In this document: positions 39,335 to 55,034 of the stretch, in pieces
Numbering within the stretch: the first letter of the stretch is position 1
Layout of the letters: each line of letters opens with the position of its first letter
Origin: Octopus vulgaris
Taxonomy: Eukaryota
Reading direction: 5' to 3'
Assembly: GCA_951406725.2 (NCBI GenBank)
Contig: OX597819.1
Span: 89,342,001-89,406,000, forward strand
Length of the DNA stretch: 64,000 nucleotides
Program-made: the position numbers and the translations under genes
The notes under the pieces: model-generated
What the model saw: only the letters and a program-made list of their open reading frames with translations
Databases searched by the model: none
Told to the model about the DNA's origin: nothing

Positions 39335-40126
39335 TTCAAATTTTGGCACTAGACCAGCAACTTCAATGGAAGGGATAGGTCGATGTAATCGATCCTAGTG
39401 TTCAACTGGTACTTTAGTTCATCGAATCCCGAAAAGATGAAAGGCAAAGTGGGCCACAGAGGAATTTGAACACAGAAGGGTAAAGACGGACGAAATACTG
39501 TTGAGCATTTTCCTCGGCGTGCTAGCGATTCTTATTTCTTTACTGCCCACAAAGGGTTACACACAGAGGGGACAGACAAACGGATTAAGTCGATTATATC
39601 GACCCCAGTGCGTAACTTGTACTTATTTAATCGACCCCGAAAGGACGAAAGGCAAAGTCGACCTCAGCGGAATTTGATCTCAGAACGTAGCGGCAGACAA
39701 AATACCTATTTCTTTACTACCCACAAGGGGCTAAACACAGAGCGCACAAACAAGGACAGACAAACAGGTTAAGTTGATTATATCGCCCCCAGTGCGTAAC
39801 TGGTACTTATTAAATCGACCCCGAAAGGATGAATAGCAAAGTCGACCTCGGCGGAATTTGAACTCAGATTGTAACGGCAGACGAAATACCTATTTCTATT
39901 TCTTTATTACCCACAAGGGGCTAAACACAGAGGGGACGAACAAGGACAGACATAGGTATTAAGTCGATTACATCGACCCCAGTGCGTAACTGGTACTTAA
40001 TTTATCGACCCCGAAAGGATGAAAGGCAAAGTCGACCTCGGCGGAATTTGAACTCACAACGTAACGCAGACGAAATACCGCTAAGCATTTCGCCCAACGT
40101 GCTAACGTTTCTGCCGGCTCGCCGCC
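39335..40126 (-). mobile_element. SINE family A tandem array (3 young-tail units plus 1 old unit)
   Basis: junctions at ~39890, ~39706 and ~39532. Confidence 0.9.
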
Positions 40127-40211
40127 TCACCTCTTAGAATAATATGATAGCGCTATCCATACAAAGTCCAAAGAAAGCTATTTTACACAAACATGCACGA
40201 ACGAACTCACG

Positions 40212-40260
<49 letters not shown>

Positions 40261-40667
40261 CAACTTGTTAAAGAAAACCCAACCTTTTTTCAGATTCGAG
40301 TACAAAACACCGAACTGGAAGACAATTTCAGCTAAGCTGCAAGCGATAGAATGAAAAATGTCTAACGGGAAAAGTTTCTGTAAACTTTTGCCTGACTACA
40401 GAATTTTCATATCTTTGACCTAAACGTCCATCCATGCTTTCAGACTTTTAGTTATCCCGTGTTTCATACGTTCTGAGTTATATAAAGATTTCCATTTACA
40501 AGATCCAAGTTATTCTGGTGGTTAAAACAAAACAAAACAGAAAATTGAGAACGTGTATCAAATATGATGCGCCGGAGAAATATGTCCTGTGCATCATGCG
40601 ATACAGGGCAAAGCCCAAGGGCTACAAATAAACTGCTAAAGTAAAAATTAATTATCTATATCTTCTA

Positions 40668-40889
40668 CCTTTTACTTGTTTTACTCATTGGATTGCGGCT
40701 ATGCTGAATGCACCGCCTTTAATGTTTTAATCGAACAAATTGACCCAAGTACTTATTTTTTTCAAGTCTGGTAACTATTCTATTGGTTTCTTTTGCCGAA
40801 AAGCTAAGGTATGGAGACGTAAACAAACCAACACAAATTTTCAATATACATATATACGACGGGCTCCCACGCAGTTTCCGTCTACCAAA
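40668..40889 (-). mobile_element. SINE family B fragment
   Basis: family B tail and GGTAGACGGAAACTG on the minus strand. Confidence 0.65.
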
Positions 40890-40917
40890 TTATTATTATT
40901 ATTATTATTATTATTAC

Positions 40918-41597
40918 TTTTTTTTTCTTCTTTCAAATTTGCTTCCATTTCTTGCCGAGTGTCTTCCCGACTCCTAGGGCAAAGAAACTCATAGTATACA
41001 TTGGTAGGCCATTAAACCAAACTCAATAGTTCGTTCATTTTTATTTTTAAAATTTTTTTTTTTTAAAGTTAAATTAAAATACATGAGCAGCAACAGTTCT
41101 CACATCGACAATGCTCTTCTCAATACGTGTGATGTACCAGTTAAGACAATCTTTTGCACTTCTTGCAGGGATGGTAAGCCAGGGATCATTCTCATATAAT
41201 TTTCGGTTCCCTTCTTGATCATTCCTAGTGCTCCTACGATCACTGGTATTGTAACCGCCTTGAGATGCCACATTTTCTCAATTTCAATGAGTAGGTCTTT
41301 ATATTTTCTGAGCTTGTCAAACTCTTTCGCTGAGATATTATGATCACAGGGGATGCTTATGTCGATCAATAAGCAAACTTTATTGTTTTGGTCTTTCACA
41401 ACAATATCTGGTTTATTGGCCTTGATGGTTCGGTCTGTATGTACTGGAAAGTCCCACAGAATGGTTACATTTTCTCCTTCAGTTACAGCCTCAGGGTGGT
41501 GATTATACCACTTGTCGGCAGTTTTGATATTGTAATGCCGACTTATTAGCCAGTGTAGATATTGGCCAACTCTGTCATGTCTTAATTTATACTCCAC
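40918..41597 (-). mobile_element. 5'-truncated R4/Dong-clade retrotransposon, RLE domain still open
   Basis: ORF 41100-41597: RHD, ILWDF, KPDIVV, LLIDISIP, K..KY, PVIVGALG; (TAA)n on both sides. Confidence 0.92.
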
Positions 41598-41670
<73 letters not shown>

Positions 41671-41674
<4 letters not shown>

Positions 41675-42262
41675 TAGTTTTATTTTTATCACGTGCTTTC
41701 ACTGCACTACCGAGCGCAGCTCTGTGTGCCTTGGGTATGTGCTGTGGTTGGATGTGATGCTCTTATTGTTACTGTATTGAAAGTGTTTTACGTAGGATAT
41801 GTGCGGTGCCTAGTTGTGCTATTTTCTGTAAGTTATATATACTTTTTAGAGCTGGGGTTTTTGTTATGTATTTGTCTGAATACTTTTTTAATCATATATA
41901 ACGCGCCTACTATGATAGGAATTGTTTCTGTTTTTAGACTCGACATTCGAATTACCTCTATTCCCAGGTCTTTGTATTTTGATAGTTTCTCCATTTCTTT
42001 TAGGGAAACGTTGTCATATGTTGGTATTGATACATCGATTAGAAAGCAGTTTTTCTTGATGAACTCTGACAACTATATCGGGTCTATTGGCCTTAAATTT
42101 TCTATCTATCTATATTAACACATTCCATAGTATGATTGCTTTCACATTTTCTGTAACCTTTGCTGGCGTGTGCCTATATCATCTTTTTTCTGTTGTTATT
42201 CCATACATTAGCATAGTTTCCCGTGTATATAGATCTTAACTCTGCTGTGCCTGTGGATATAT
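41671..42262 (-). mobile_element. second R4/Dong-type family, 5'-truncated
   Basis: ORF 41833-42072 CFLIDVSIP..N...KEMEKLSKYKDL..IPIIVGAL; 3' end joins (AAT)n. Confidence 0.88.
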
Positions 42263-42339
42263 TTCTTCTTCTTCTTCTTCTTCTTCTTCTTCTTCTTCTT
42301 CTTCTTCTTCTTCTTCTTCTTCTTCTTCTTCTTCTTCTT

Positions 42340-42372
<33 letters not shown>

Positions 42373-42387
42373 ATTATTACTATTATT

Positions 42388-43062
<675 letters not shown>

Positions 43063-43593
43063 GAGTGAGAGAGCAGTGCATACCATCAAAGTGACACTGG
43101 GGTAAAATATACGAAGCCCAGTATACCCATCATGACTACCCGTCTGATAAGGGTATACCAGGCATATGCATCACAACCATATATGCGCGACATGGTGATC
43201 TCATAACAAGATAAAAAGCGCATGACCTTGCGGGTGGGGCCCAGTTAGAATTTTCTTCTGGTTGGGTAACCCATCCCACTCAAAAGGTCCCTGATTAAGG
43301 GTTGTTTAAGGATGTTGAATGAACCACCCATGTTTCCAGAGGTGAATCATTCAAACCCCAAAGAATCCCTCTCAACACATGGCTATGATGCTCCCCCACT
43401 ACTTCTGCTCGTGATCAGAGATGCACATATCGTCAGCCACTAAGGGACATGCTCAACTTGTTACGGTCAAACAACTGACAAGCAAATCTGTGGTATTGAG
43501 CAGAATATTTGCTGTAGCCCATCTTTTATACCAAGACAAAACAATGTACATGATAACACTTCCAGTCAGTTAAGATCAGAAGCCATGAGAGCC
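43063..43593 (-). mobile_element. ~530-bp non-coding retroelement copy 2 in (TAA)n
   Basis: as above, shorter at the right end. Confidence 0.75.
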
Positions 43594-44159
<566 letters not shown>

Positions 44160-44294
44160 AATGCCGCTGAGGTCGACTTAAGCCTTTCATACCTCGAAAT
44201 CAGTAAAATAAGAGTACCACTCACGTACTGAGGTCGATGTAATCGGCTTATACCCACCACCCTACAATATTTCAGGCTTTTAACCTATAATAGA

Positions 44295-44325
<31 letters not shown>

Positions 44326-44884
44326 TAGTGCTATAGCTGCTACTGCCGCTGCTGCTATTGCCGCTGGTTCTGCTGCTGCTGTTGCTGTTGTTGTTGTTGT
44401 TGTTGTTGTACAAATCTTGCAAAGGATCGGTTATGATGTCAGGAGACGTGGTATAAGTGTCCAATGCAAGAAAGGGCGTTGTTTTTTACACTCAATGACC
44501 CCTGTCATTAAATGTCTTTAAGCATTAAACTACCAACAAACTTTCCTTTCACTGCCATTAGCTGAAACATTAAAGAGAATTTTTTTTCTCTTTCCGTTTT
44601 TATCTCACTCACTCACTCACTCACTCACTCACTCACTCACTGTCTCTCTCTCTCTTTCTCTCTCTCCATCTCTTTCATAGTATTTAGTGTCTTTTAGTGC
44701 TTGAGAGTGGTCCAACCTGTTTCCTTTTGGCAACGGCAAAGTTTCGTAGTCTCATCGTTGATCTCTCTCTCTCGCTCCCTCGCTCCGTCACTGCTTTAAT
44801 GATTTACTATATATTCCTCAGAGCAAAATAAACAAATTCATGGACTTACACACGCACGTACACTCGCACACACACACTAACACA

Positions 44885-45590
<706 letters not shown>

Positions 45591-46403
45591 AGTACTACCA
45601 CACAGGAACCCACTCAGAAACCGCACAAGAAATTGGTTGTGTGGCGTTTGCACATAAATTAATAGGTTTTTAAATGTTTGTTTTTCTTCAATCTTTTTCT
45701 CCTTCGGCTCTATGGTGTCTAGTTTATCATACGTAATAAAATAGCATTGAGTTTGCTTCATGTCTGTCTTGTTGCAAGCGCATGTCTGTCTGTGTGTGTA
45801 GTTTGTTGCGTGTAATGTAGTTATGTATGTATGTATGTATGTGTGTGTTTGTGTGTGTTTTGTGCGTGTATATGTGTGCACATACGTATGTGTATGTGAG
45901 ATATAGCGAGAGAGAGAAGGAGGGAGGGAGAATGATGGATATAGACACAAACAGACAGAAAGTGAAGGAGAGATGCAGAGAGAGAGGGAGAGAGAGAGAG
46001 AGAGGGAAGGAGAGAAACAGAGACAAATTGATAAGAAAGGGAGAGTGGGGATAGAAATATTAAAATTATTTTCAGGATGTGAATATATTGATTCCATTCT
46101 CAGGCGCGTGGCCAATTATGTATTATGCAAAAAGGGAAGATTTTTAGACCATTCTTTCAATACCAGTGCAGTTATTGGTACTCATTTTATCGATCACGGG
46201 ATAAAGTAAAAGACGAAAACAGACAGACTTGATTCTTGCAGAACTGAATCTCAAAGCAGTTAGGTACTAAAGAAGATATAGAAGTATTGGCCGAGCCAAC
46301 GATGATGCTACTACGCAATCAGGCGACCTAATCGAAATAGTAGCCAAATCGCCCCCAAACTACATGCTTGCTTTGTCTTGGACCCTCAACTCTGTGTCAC
46401 TGA

Positions 46404-46763
46404 CGTTGCAAGAGAGTGTGCCGCCCGGAACAGACTTTTGAGTTTGTGGGTACCTCCGGGCCTTCAAGCCAAAGGTGCTGTCCTCATAAAAGCGTCGCTC
46501 AAGGCTAATTCATCGCTCCCGCCTAGCTACGCTACTGCTCTTTGATGAGTCAGCGGTGTCGCAAGAGTGTGTGCCGCCCGGAACAGAACTGCAGTGGGTG
46601 CCACCCGGAACAGAACAACAGTGGGTGTCGCCCGGAACAGACCTTGAGTTCATTTTCCCTCGGGTCATCGAGCCTATACAGACTTATACAGCTAACCCAA
46701 TGGTGCTGTCCCCATAAGCGGGAATTCCTCGCCCTCGCTTATCTACGCTACTGCTCTTTGATG
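46404..46763. repeat. GC-rich two-unit tandem with an inner 24-bp repeat
   Basis: GTGCCGCCCGGAACAGA x4; GGTGCTGTCC.CATAA and CTACGCTACTGCTCTTTGATG x2. Confidence 0.8.
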
Positions 46764-47162
46764 GAATTGAAAAGGTACCGTTGTGACATTTGCGTGTCTT
46801 GGCCATAGTTTTAGATCTGATGGAACTCATCTCTCTCTACGTGTAACAACACTCTAGTTCTTCGAGAAAGAAAGAGAGACAGACAGAAAGAAGTTGTGAG
46901 AAAAAGAGAAGCGTCGATCCCCAGAATAGAACTGGTACCTTATTTATTGTATCCAAAAGGATGAAATGCTAAGTTGACATCGACAGGATTTGAACTCAGA
47001 GATACGGAACGATTACAACAGAGCAAATCATCCAACGTCTTAACAACTCCACCAATTAGAGACCTTAAACCACACACTGACGTTTTTTTAAAACAAAAAA
47101 TACACATGACATACATTAAATGGGATGGTCGTTAATGGAAGGACCTTGCGCAGACTTCGGGC

Positions 47163-47195
<33 letters not shown>

Positions 47196-47531
47196 GCAGC
47201 AGCAGCAGCAGCAAAAGCATTGGCATTTATTCGTTGTTTCAGCAAATTTTCCTTATAGATTCAATGGCATTCATATCTATACCAAGAACTTTAGCAATGG
47301 TGTAAGTTAAGTTGTTCTGGACAAGACATTTAACTTCATCCAGTGATGAGGCTCCAGCTCGTGTGTCCAGGAGTTTTGGAGGAGTGCAGAGTATGCCTTA
47401 GTCGCTATTACTCCCAGGACAGCTCTGGTCCGAGGAGGTGCTGTTAAATGTCAAAGACTCCAGTTGTGAGACAAATAGCTTGAGATAGCCCGGTGGCTAA
47501 GGCATAGAGGACTCGGAAGAGGGTGACAATT

Positions 47532-47567
47532 CTGGACATGCTTCGGTATTATTAACCTCATCAGCGA
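47532..47567 (-). ncRNA. degenerate hammerhead motif
   Basis: CTGATGA-GGT taataat ACC-GAAG-CATGTC; GAAA mutated, stem I weak. Confidence 0.4.
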
Positions 47568-48121
47568 TCATATTTAGGATTTTAGAGAACGAACGCTGAG
47601 CGGCGGCATGATGACTTTAAAGAATGCATTTCACATTTACACCAATAATAATTGATGTACTTGATTTAGTTAGGAGATGTTTAAGTGACAATCTGGGTAA
47701 GCTGGGGGATTTTAGCAAACGAAATCAACAAGTTAATTCGCACATTACAAATGCAACCTGTGAGTAGAACAATAAAAATATGCAAGATTTTTCTCAAGAT
47801 GAAAATGTGAATTTATTTTTGTTATCTACATTCCAGTGATGGAGCTTTGTATCTTTGCTAGAAACCATAAACCAACGCCTTCCGTACTGGAAGATTTCAA
47901 ATAATTAACATTTTATCGCACACACACACATACACATATATTAGTGTAGACGCAGTTATTTTCTACGCTTGAATTGCAAAAGCTTAAAATATTCTAATGA
48001 GCAAAATGACAGAGTAGCTCTTAACCTCCCAAAATGTCGATTATGACAACGGTTCTGAAACTGATAAATACTAGGTTACACCAAATTTATTATTGAAATT
48101 CCGCTCCTTTTATTTAATCTT

Positions 48122-48990
48122 TCTAATTTTGGCACAAGCCCAGCAATTTTAAGGGTAAAGGGTAAATTGACTACATCTACCACAGTACTTGACTAGTACT
48201 TATTTTTACCAACCTCGAAACGATAAAATACTAAGTTGACCTCGGCGGAATTTGAGCTCAGAACGTAAAGAGTTTCAAGAAATGTCATTAAGCATTTTTG
48301 TCCGACGTGCTAACGATTCTTATTTCTTTACTGCCCACAAGGGGCTACACACAGAGGGGACAAACAAGGACAGACAAACAGATTAAGTCGATTATATCGA
48401 CCCCAGTGCGTAACTGGTACTTATTTAATCGACCCCGAAAGGATGAAAGGCAAAGTCGACCTTGGCAGCATTTGAACTCAGAACGTAGCGGTAGACGAAA
48501 TACCGCTAAGCATTGTCGCCCGACGTGCTAACGTTTCTGCCAACTCGCCATCACTATTAAGCCTTCCTACTGTAGACACAAGGTCTGAAATTTTGATGGG
48601 ACGGGGTTAGTCGACTACATCGACCCTATGCTTCCCTAATACTTATTTTATCGACCCCAAAAGGATGAAAGGCAAAGTCGACCTCGGTGGCATTTGAACT
48701 CAGAAATTAATACCTAAAGAAATGCCGCAAAAGTTCTTTGGCGTAGTAACGATTCCACCTGCTCGCTCCCTTAAATGCGTTCAAATTCCGACACAAAGGC
48801 AGTAATTTTAAGGAAAGGTACGCCGATTCCATCAACCTCAGTGTTCAACTGGTACTTATTTAATCGACCCCGAAAGGATGAAAGGCAAAGTCGACCTCGG
48901 CGGAATTTGAACTCAGAACATAAAGAGCCAGAAAGAATTCCGCCAAGCACTTAGTCTTCGACGCGCATATGATTTTACGAACTCGCCGTC
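48122..48990 (-). mobile_element. cluster of four co-oriented SINE family A units
   Basis: heads at ~48990, ~48770 and ~48550; young-tail/old-body junction at ~48319. Confidence 0.85.
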
Positions 48991-49124
48991 TCATTAACGA
49001 GTGCATCTCGATAGAAATCTTCTTTCATCGTTATAGTGTTGGACAACTTACGAAATTTCAAAATCACCCTAAGTTTATAAAACATTGGTATTTTGTTCTT
49101 TCCTTTTCAATCTTCGCAGCCTCA

Positions 49125-49700
49125 CCCCTATGAAAAAGATTAGATTATGTCACATTTCAACGGAAGCTATCACACATGTGGCCAACAGCTGCCGAAAAAT
49201 GTCAAGGTACAACTTCCGACTGTGGCACAATGTTGTTGCTAAAACAATAAACAATGCCATCCGTAGGAAAGACTGTCATAGGATAAATATAGAGAATACT
49301 TTTGTTATTGAATATATATATGTACAAATCAACACAAAGAATTTTGGTGGAACATTTCTATCTACTCTCCCGCTATGTATAGATATAACAGATCTGATAT
49401 AGTTATTCGGGACGGAAAAGACAAAAAAAAATGTACACTCAGAGAGGTCGGCTGTTTTGCAGATGTGAACGTTTCTTTCAAAATCAGTGAGAAGGAAAAT
49501 ACTTATAAACAATTTCCGTCGAAACTTATAACTTCTGTATCCAGGTTATAAATTCACATTTATATTCATAATTATTGTTGTACACAGCTACGTTTGTAAA
49601 TGTTTAAAAGAATATCTCGAAAAGCTAGGGTTTCAAGGTAAAAAAAAGACTAGCAAACACGAAATTTTGTAAATACTATTTGTAAGCGAAACTATGAAAA
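49125..49700 (+). mobile_element. old RLE LINE 3' remnant
   Basis: RLCHISTEAITHVANSCRKMSRYN..WHNVVAKTI (CCHC plus RHN motif). Confidence 0.7.
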
Positions 49701-49967
49701 TATTCTATTATCCTATTGCCAGTTTTAGCAGAGGCTATAACCATGCTGGGACACCACCATTAGCGCCCTCATGCTTCTTTAGTTTAGACTCACTTCCTGT
49801 TCCTGTATCCGAAATTTGACCTAGGGATTTGGTAAGTTGGAAGGTTCTAGGCCAACTGATACCGGGACATCTCAATTCCGGACAACTTATATCAGACAAT
49901 TCATACCTGGACAATTGATATCTAGGACAACTCATAACAGGTATAAAGGGATAAAGATTTAATCTTG

Positions 49968-51570
49968 AAAGAAATTTGGACCTCAGAACTCTCTGCATTC
50001 AATAAACTAATGGTCCATAATGTGTTTGCAGTGACAGTACTCATACCAACATTTGGGCTGCTTGATTGGACGCTTGATGATATCCGAGCCATTGATGTGA
50101 AAAGCCTGAAAAATACTAACAAGCACACGTAATTTCCACATAAACAGTGACGTAGACCACCTCTACCTAAAATGAAAAGAAGGCGGTAGAGGCTTAACAT
50201 CGATCCAAATTGCCTTTAAATGTCGCATCATATCCCTTCGGCAACATCTTTTAGCCACCAAGCGTCGAAGTGCATCACTCGACTAAGTTTGCATACATGA
50301 GGCTGATAACATCATAAGACTTGGAAGGCAACTCCTTGAGCAACACTCTTTCTCTGATAACCTAGAGTACATGCCCAAAGAAGTCGCACGACTCTACCGC
50401 AACATATCATCAGATGAAAGGATGAGCCTATATGAGCAGAAGACTATTCATGGATATGTTAGTAGAAAGCTCTGTGATGATCGTAACATCGATCATCAAA
50501 GCAGTTTATCATGGACGAATAGCCGGATTACTACCTCCCACTTTGAAGGGTATGCGTTTACAGTTCAGGAACAGGAAATATCAACAAAGTACCCGATGCA
50601 CAAAAGGGATAGAGATGCGGGAAAAGCCGTAAAATGTAACGACCGATGCAGACTTTGTGGTGTTCACACTGAAGATATTACTCACATCATAAGCAGTTGT
50701 CTGAAAATGTCATCACGGTATTATCTACCGATGAGGCATGACGTTGTAGCTAGGACGCTCTATAATGAAATCTGTCAGAAGGATAATCCCGAGGACAAAG
50801 AATTAAGAACCCACAATATGGTAGAAGCCATAGCCACTCATAATAAAAAGGAATACTGGTGGAATGTACTAGTGAAGACCTCAATAAAATGTAAAGCACA
50901 ACAGAACCTGATATAATGATTTGGGATAGAGAAGAGAAACTGTGCACAGTTGTAGAAATAAGCTGCCCAGCAGATGTTAAGATAAAGCTGAAGATCAGTG
51001 AAAAAGAGAACACTTATGCTGAACTATTGAGAAATCTGCAGTTACTCTATCCAGATTACAAGTTCAGGTTTATACCTGCAATTATTGGGGAACTGGGATA
51101 TGTAACACACTGCCTAAATACCAATCTTGAGAAATTAAGCTTCTCAAAACCAGAAAGGAGAAAGCTAATTCGAAGACTACAGACCCAATCCATCACTGGA
51201 AATGTAAAAATCTGTAAAACTTCCAGAAGTTTATCATTTAAATATATATAAGCATGTCTAGATATGTAACTATATGCATGAGAAAATATACATAAAACAT
51301 ACAAATCTGCACATACATACATACATACATACATACATACATACATACATACATACATACATACATACATACATACATACATAAATACATACATACATAC
51401 ATACATACATACATACATACATACATACATACATGCATACATACATACATACATGCATACATACATACAAAAATACCCTATTGTTGATGTTGAAATTTCA
51501 TTGACAGAACCTTGGATCTAGGTGAGAAACCGGCTCTTTCTCTATTGGCAAGAAATAAACTGAATAATGA
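49968..51570 (+). mobile_element. 5'-truncated RLE non-LTR retrotransposon ((CATA)n-associated)
   Basis: ORFs 50371-50916 and 50916-51251: QEQEI, CRLC..H..SSC, RHD, VVEISCP, K...Y, IIGELG; ends in (CATA)n. Confidence 0.92.
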
Positions 51571-51671
51571 CATACATACATACATACATACATACATACA
51601 TACATACATACATACATACATACATGCATACATACATGTGTTTGTGTGTGTGTATACATGGACATACATAC

Positions 51672-52955
51672 TAGGATGGAGCGAAAAATGCAGCTTTCGA
51701 AATTGGTAATCAAGAATCGATACTTTTCTGCGAATTAGAGTTAAATGAAAGGTGTATAACGAACTTTGCAATTAAATATTTTTTCAGTCTACGCAACACA
51801 ATTTAAAATTTCGAAAATGTTAAAAATCGCAATTTCGGGTCGAATTTTATATTTCATGGATTATAGGTCGTAAGGTATACATATTTCTACATAGCAAAAT
51901 GCAAAACTGTAAATATGGTATCCTCATGGTTGTCTACCAAGTTTCAATACAATTGACTAGACTAGTATCTTCAGGTTCCGCATTGGCTATAAAAGAACGT
52001 GTGTGTGAACTTCTCACTAGTGACGCTGCAACGGTCGTTGCGTGTGGCCGTACGTCATACGCGTGTGAAGTTTTCTGCTTTGTACCTTGTCTATAAACCA
52101 TTATATTAAAATTAACGATCGTGTTAAATATAGTGTTGACTCGTAAGCCGATAACGTATAATGATATTGAATGCTCAATATTTGGTACTCCATGCAATCA
52201 TAGCGAGCAAGTTTTGCCAACTTACAAGGACGTACTAAAATGTGTTTTATTTGAACGAGAAAAAGAAAAGAAGATCCTTCAATTAAACAAATGGTCAAGA
52301 TACTTGTTCTTTGGCAAAAGGCATCTGTCCCTTGTTTTACGATTGAGTCAGTTAAACCGAATATCTTGAACTTTTATCTAAAGTACCAAGCATCATTAAA
52401 ATCTGTGAAAAATAGAAAAATTGTCCCATCGTTTCAAACAAAGTGTAATGTGTTCAAAAACAAAGCAACAAAAGATTTATTTGACATTTCCTTTTGCTAG
52501 TGCAACTCCTTTGAAAACTGCAGCTGTAGTAGAGGCAATAAAATACCACAGAGAGAACAAAATTTCTTACAGGATTAACGGACAAATCGAAAAATGATCA
52601 TTGGCAGTATAGATCAAGCATTATCTAAATAGAACGTTCAGAGGCTGATTAGAAAGAATCAGTCAGATTACGGTCACCCTTCTACGTCAGCAAACGAAAG
52701 TTTAAGATATTCGGTTTAACTGACTCAATCGTAACACAAAGGATGGATGCCTTTTGCCAAAGAAGAATTATCTTTTCTACTACAATCTTCTGCAATCTAG
52801 ACCTCTTGTAACGCATATATTCGGTGATCTAGTATTAGAAATAAGAACTTCAGATTTTAACTCAGTTGTTTTTAAGGGATTTCGCAATAAAAAATATATT
52901 CCTGGAAACCAATTCGAAAATCTGTGTAAAAAGTACCTTTTTTCGCTCCACCCTA
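51672..52955 (+). mobile_element. hAT (hATm-like) deletion derivative
   Basis: TIRs TAGG(A/G)TGGAGCGAAAAA; broken ORF CSIFGTP..LPTYKDV..WQKASVP..LFDI..C..C.C..KIP..E..FL.D.R..RKMIIG. Confidence 0.75.
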
Positions 52956-52966
52956 ATACTATATGC

Positions 52967-53765
<799 letters not shown>

Positions 53766-54367
53766 TGATAACACATATTTATATAAAACGGAAGGTTGTG
53801 ATTTGAGGAGGGGAGATATAGCTGTTATTTTTAGCAAATCGTATGACCACATAGAGACATAGAGGCTCCTCCGTTGATCTTGAGTTCAGTTTGCTTGGAT
53901 TTTCTGGTAGTCTGTGATATTTGATTATAAAGCATGTCTGATTAGAATGTAATGTATTTTCAACACTTCTTTAGGGATATGTGAGTATGTGTATGTTCGC
54001 ACATACATACCGTAAGTGTTACTTTGTGCGTGATTGTGTGTATGTGTGTGCGTGTGTTAGTGTTTGTTTTCATGCAATATAATATTTCACCACCAAACTT
54101 ATAAGTATGTTACATTTAATATCGATTAGCACTTCAGCAGATCGTTCACCACCCAACACCACCACCACCACCACCACCACCACCATAGACAGCTATGGTG
54201 AGGATGTCTGGTGCAATTCCAATGGGGATTGCAGCCAACCTCCATTCAGTCTGCACGTGATGAATTTTTAGAAGTTCTTCCATTAGTATTTTTCAATCGA
54301 CAAACTTCTCTGTGGCGGCAACCAAAATAACACAAAGACTCAAACGAGAATTTCACAACGAACGGAA

Positions 54368-54395
54368 ATGTCGAAAGCGAGAGAGAATAAGATAG
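54368..54395 (+). CDS. candidate short coding exon (MSKARENKI), unverified
   Basis: ATG in unique sequence followed by a consensus donor AG|GTAAGT; no homology recognised. Confidence 0.2.
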
Positions 54396-54479
54396 GTAAG
54401 TAAATCTTTGTGACGAGTCGAATCTGCGGTTTGTTTTACTTTTATTTTTGGTCCCAAGGTGATTTATAGGCTAATGGCT

Positions 54480-54523
<44 letters not shown>

Positions 54524-55034
54524 GCGTATATGTATATTGTAATTGTTTGTCCATATATAAATACACACACACATACGTGCATGCATGTATACATACATAG
54601 ATAAGTGTGTGTGTGTGTGTAGCGGATGAGCATTTATATTTAACATATTCCTGTTTATTAAGACGTGAAAGCCATTTGCGGCAGAGCTTAGTCTCGGAGA
54701 AAAAAAATTTCTCTGTCGACCATATGTACAAAAATACATCGAGCCAAGTTCCAAATTTTCGTCAGAAGACCACTAGACATTGTGTTTCTGGGTGATTTTA
54801 CCTCCTCAGTAATAAATATTTGGAACCAGACCATTTGAAATTAGACTATTTAGACCATGACTATTTGGAAGTAGACTATTTGGAACTAGACCAGAACTTC
54901 TGTTCTTATATATAAAAAAAAAAAAAATTTCTGGGGTGTGCTAAGGCTTGTCGAGCTTGAATTAATGTAGTGTAAGCACACGAAGGAACGCGGCTCAAGA
55001 GAAAGATGTGTAAATTAATTTTTAACATGTGCTT

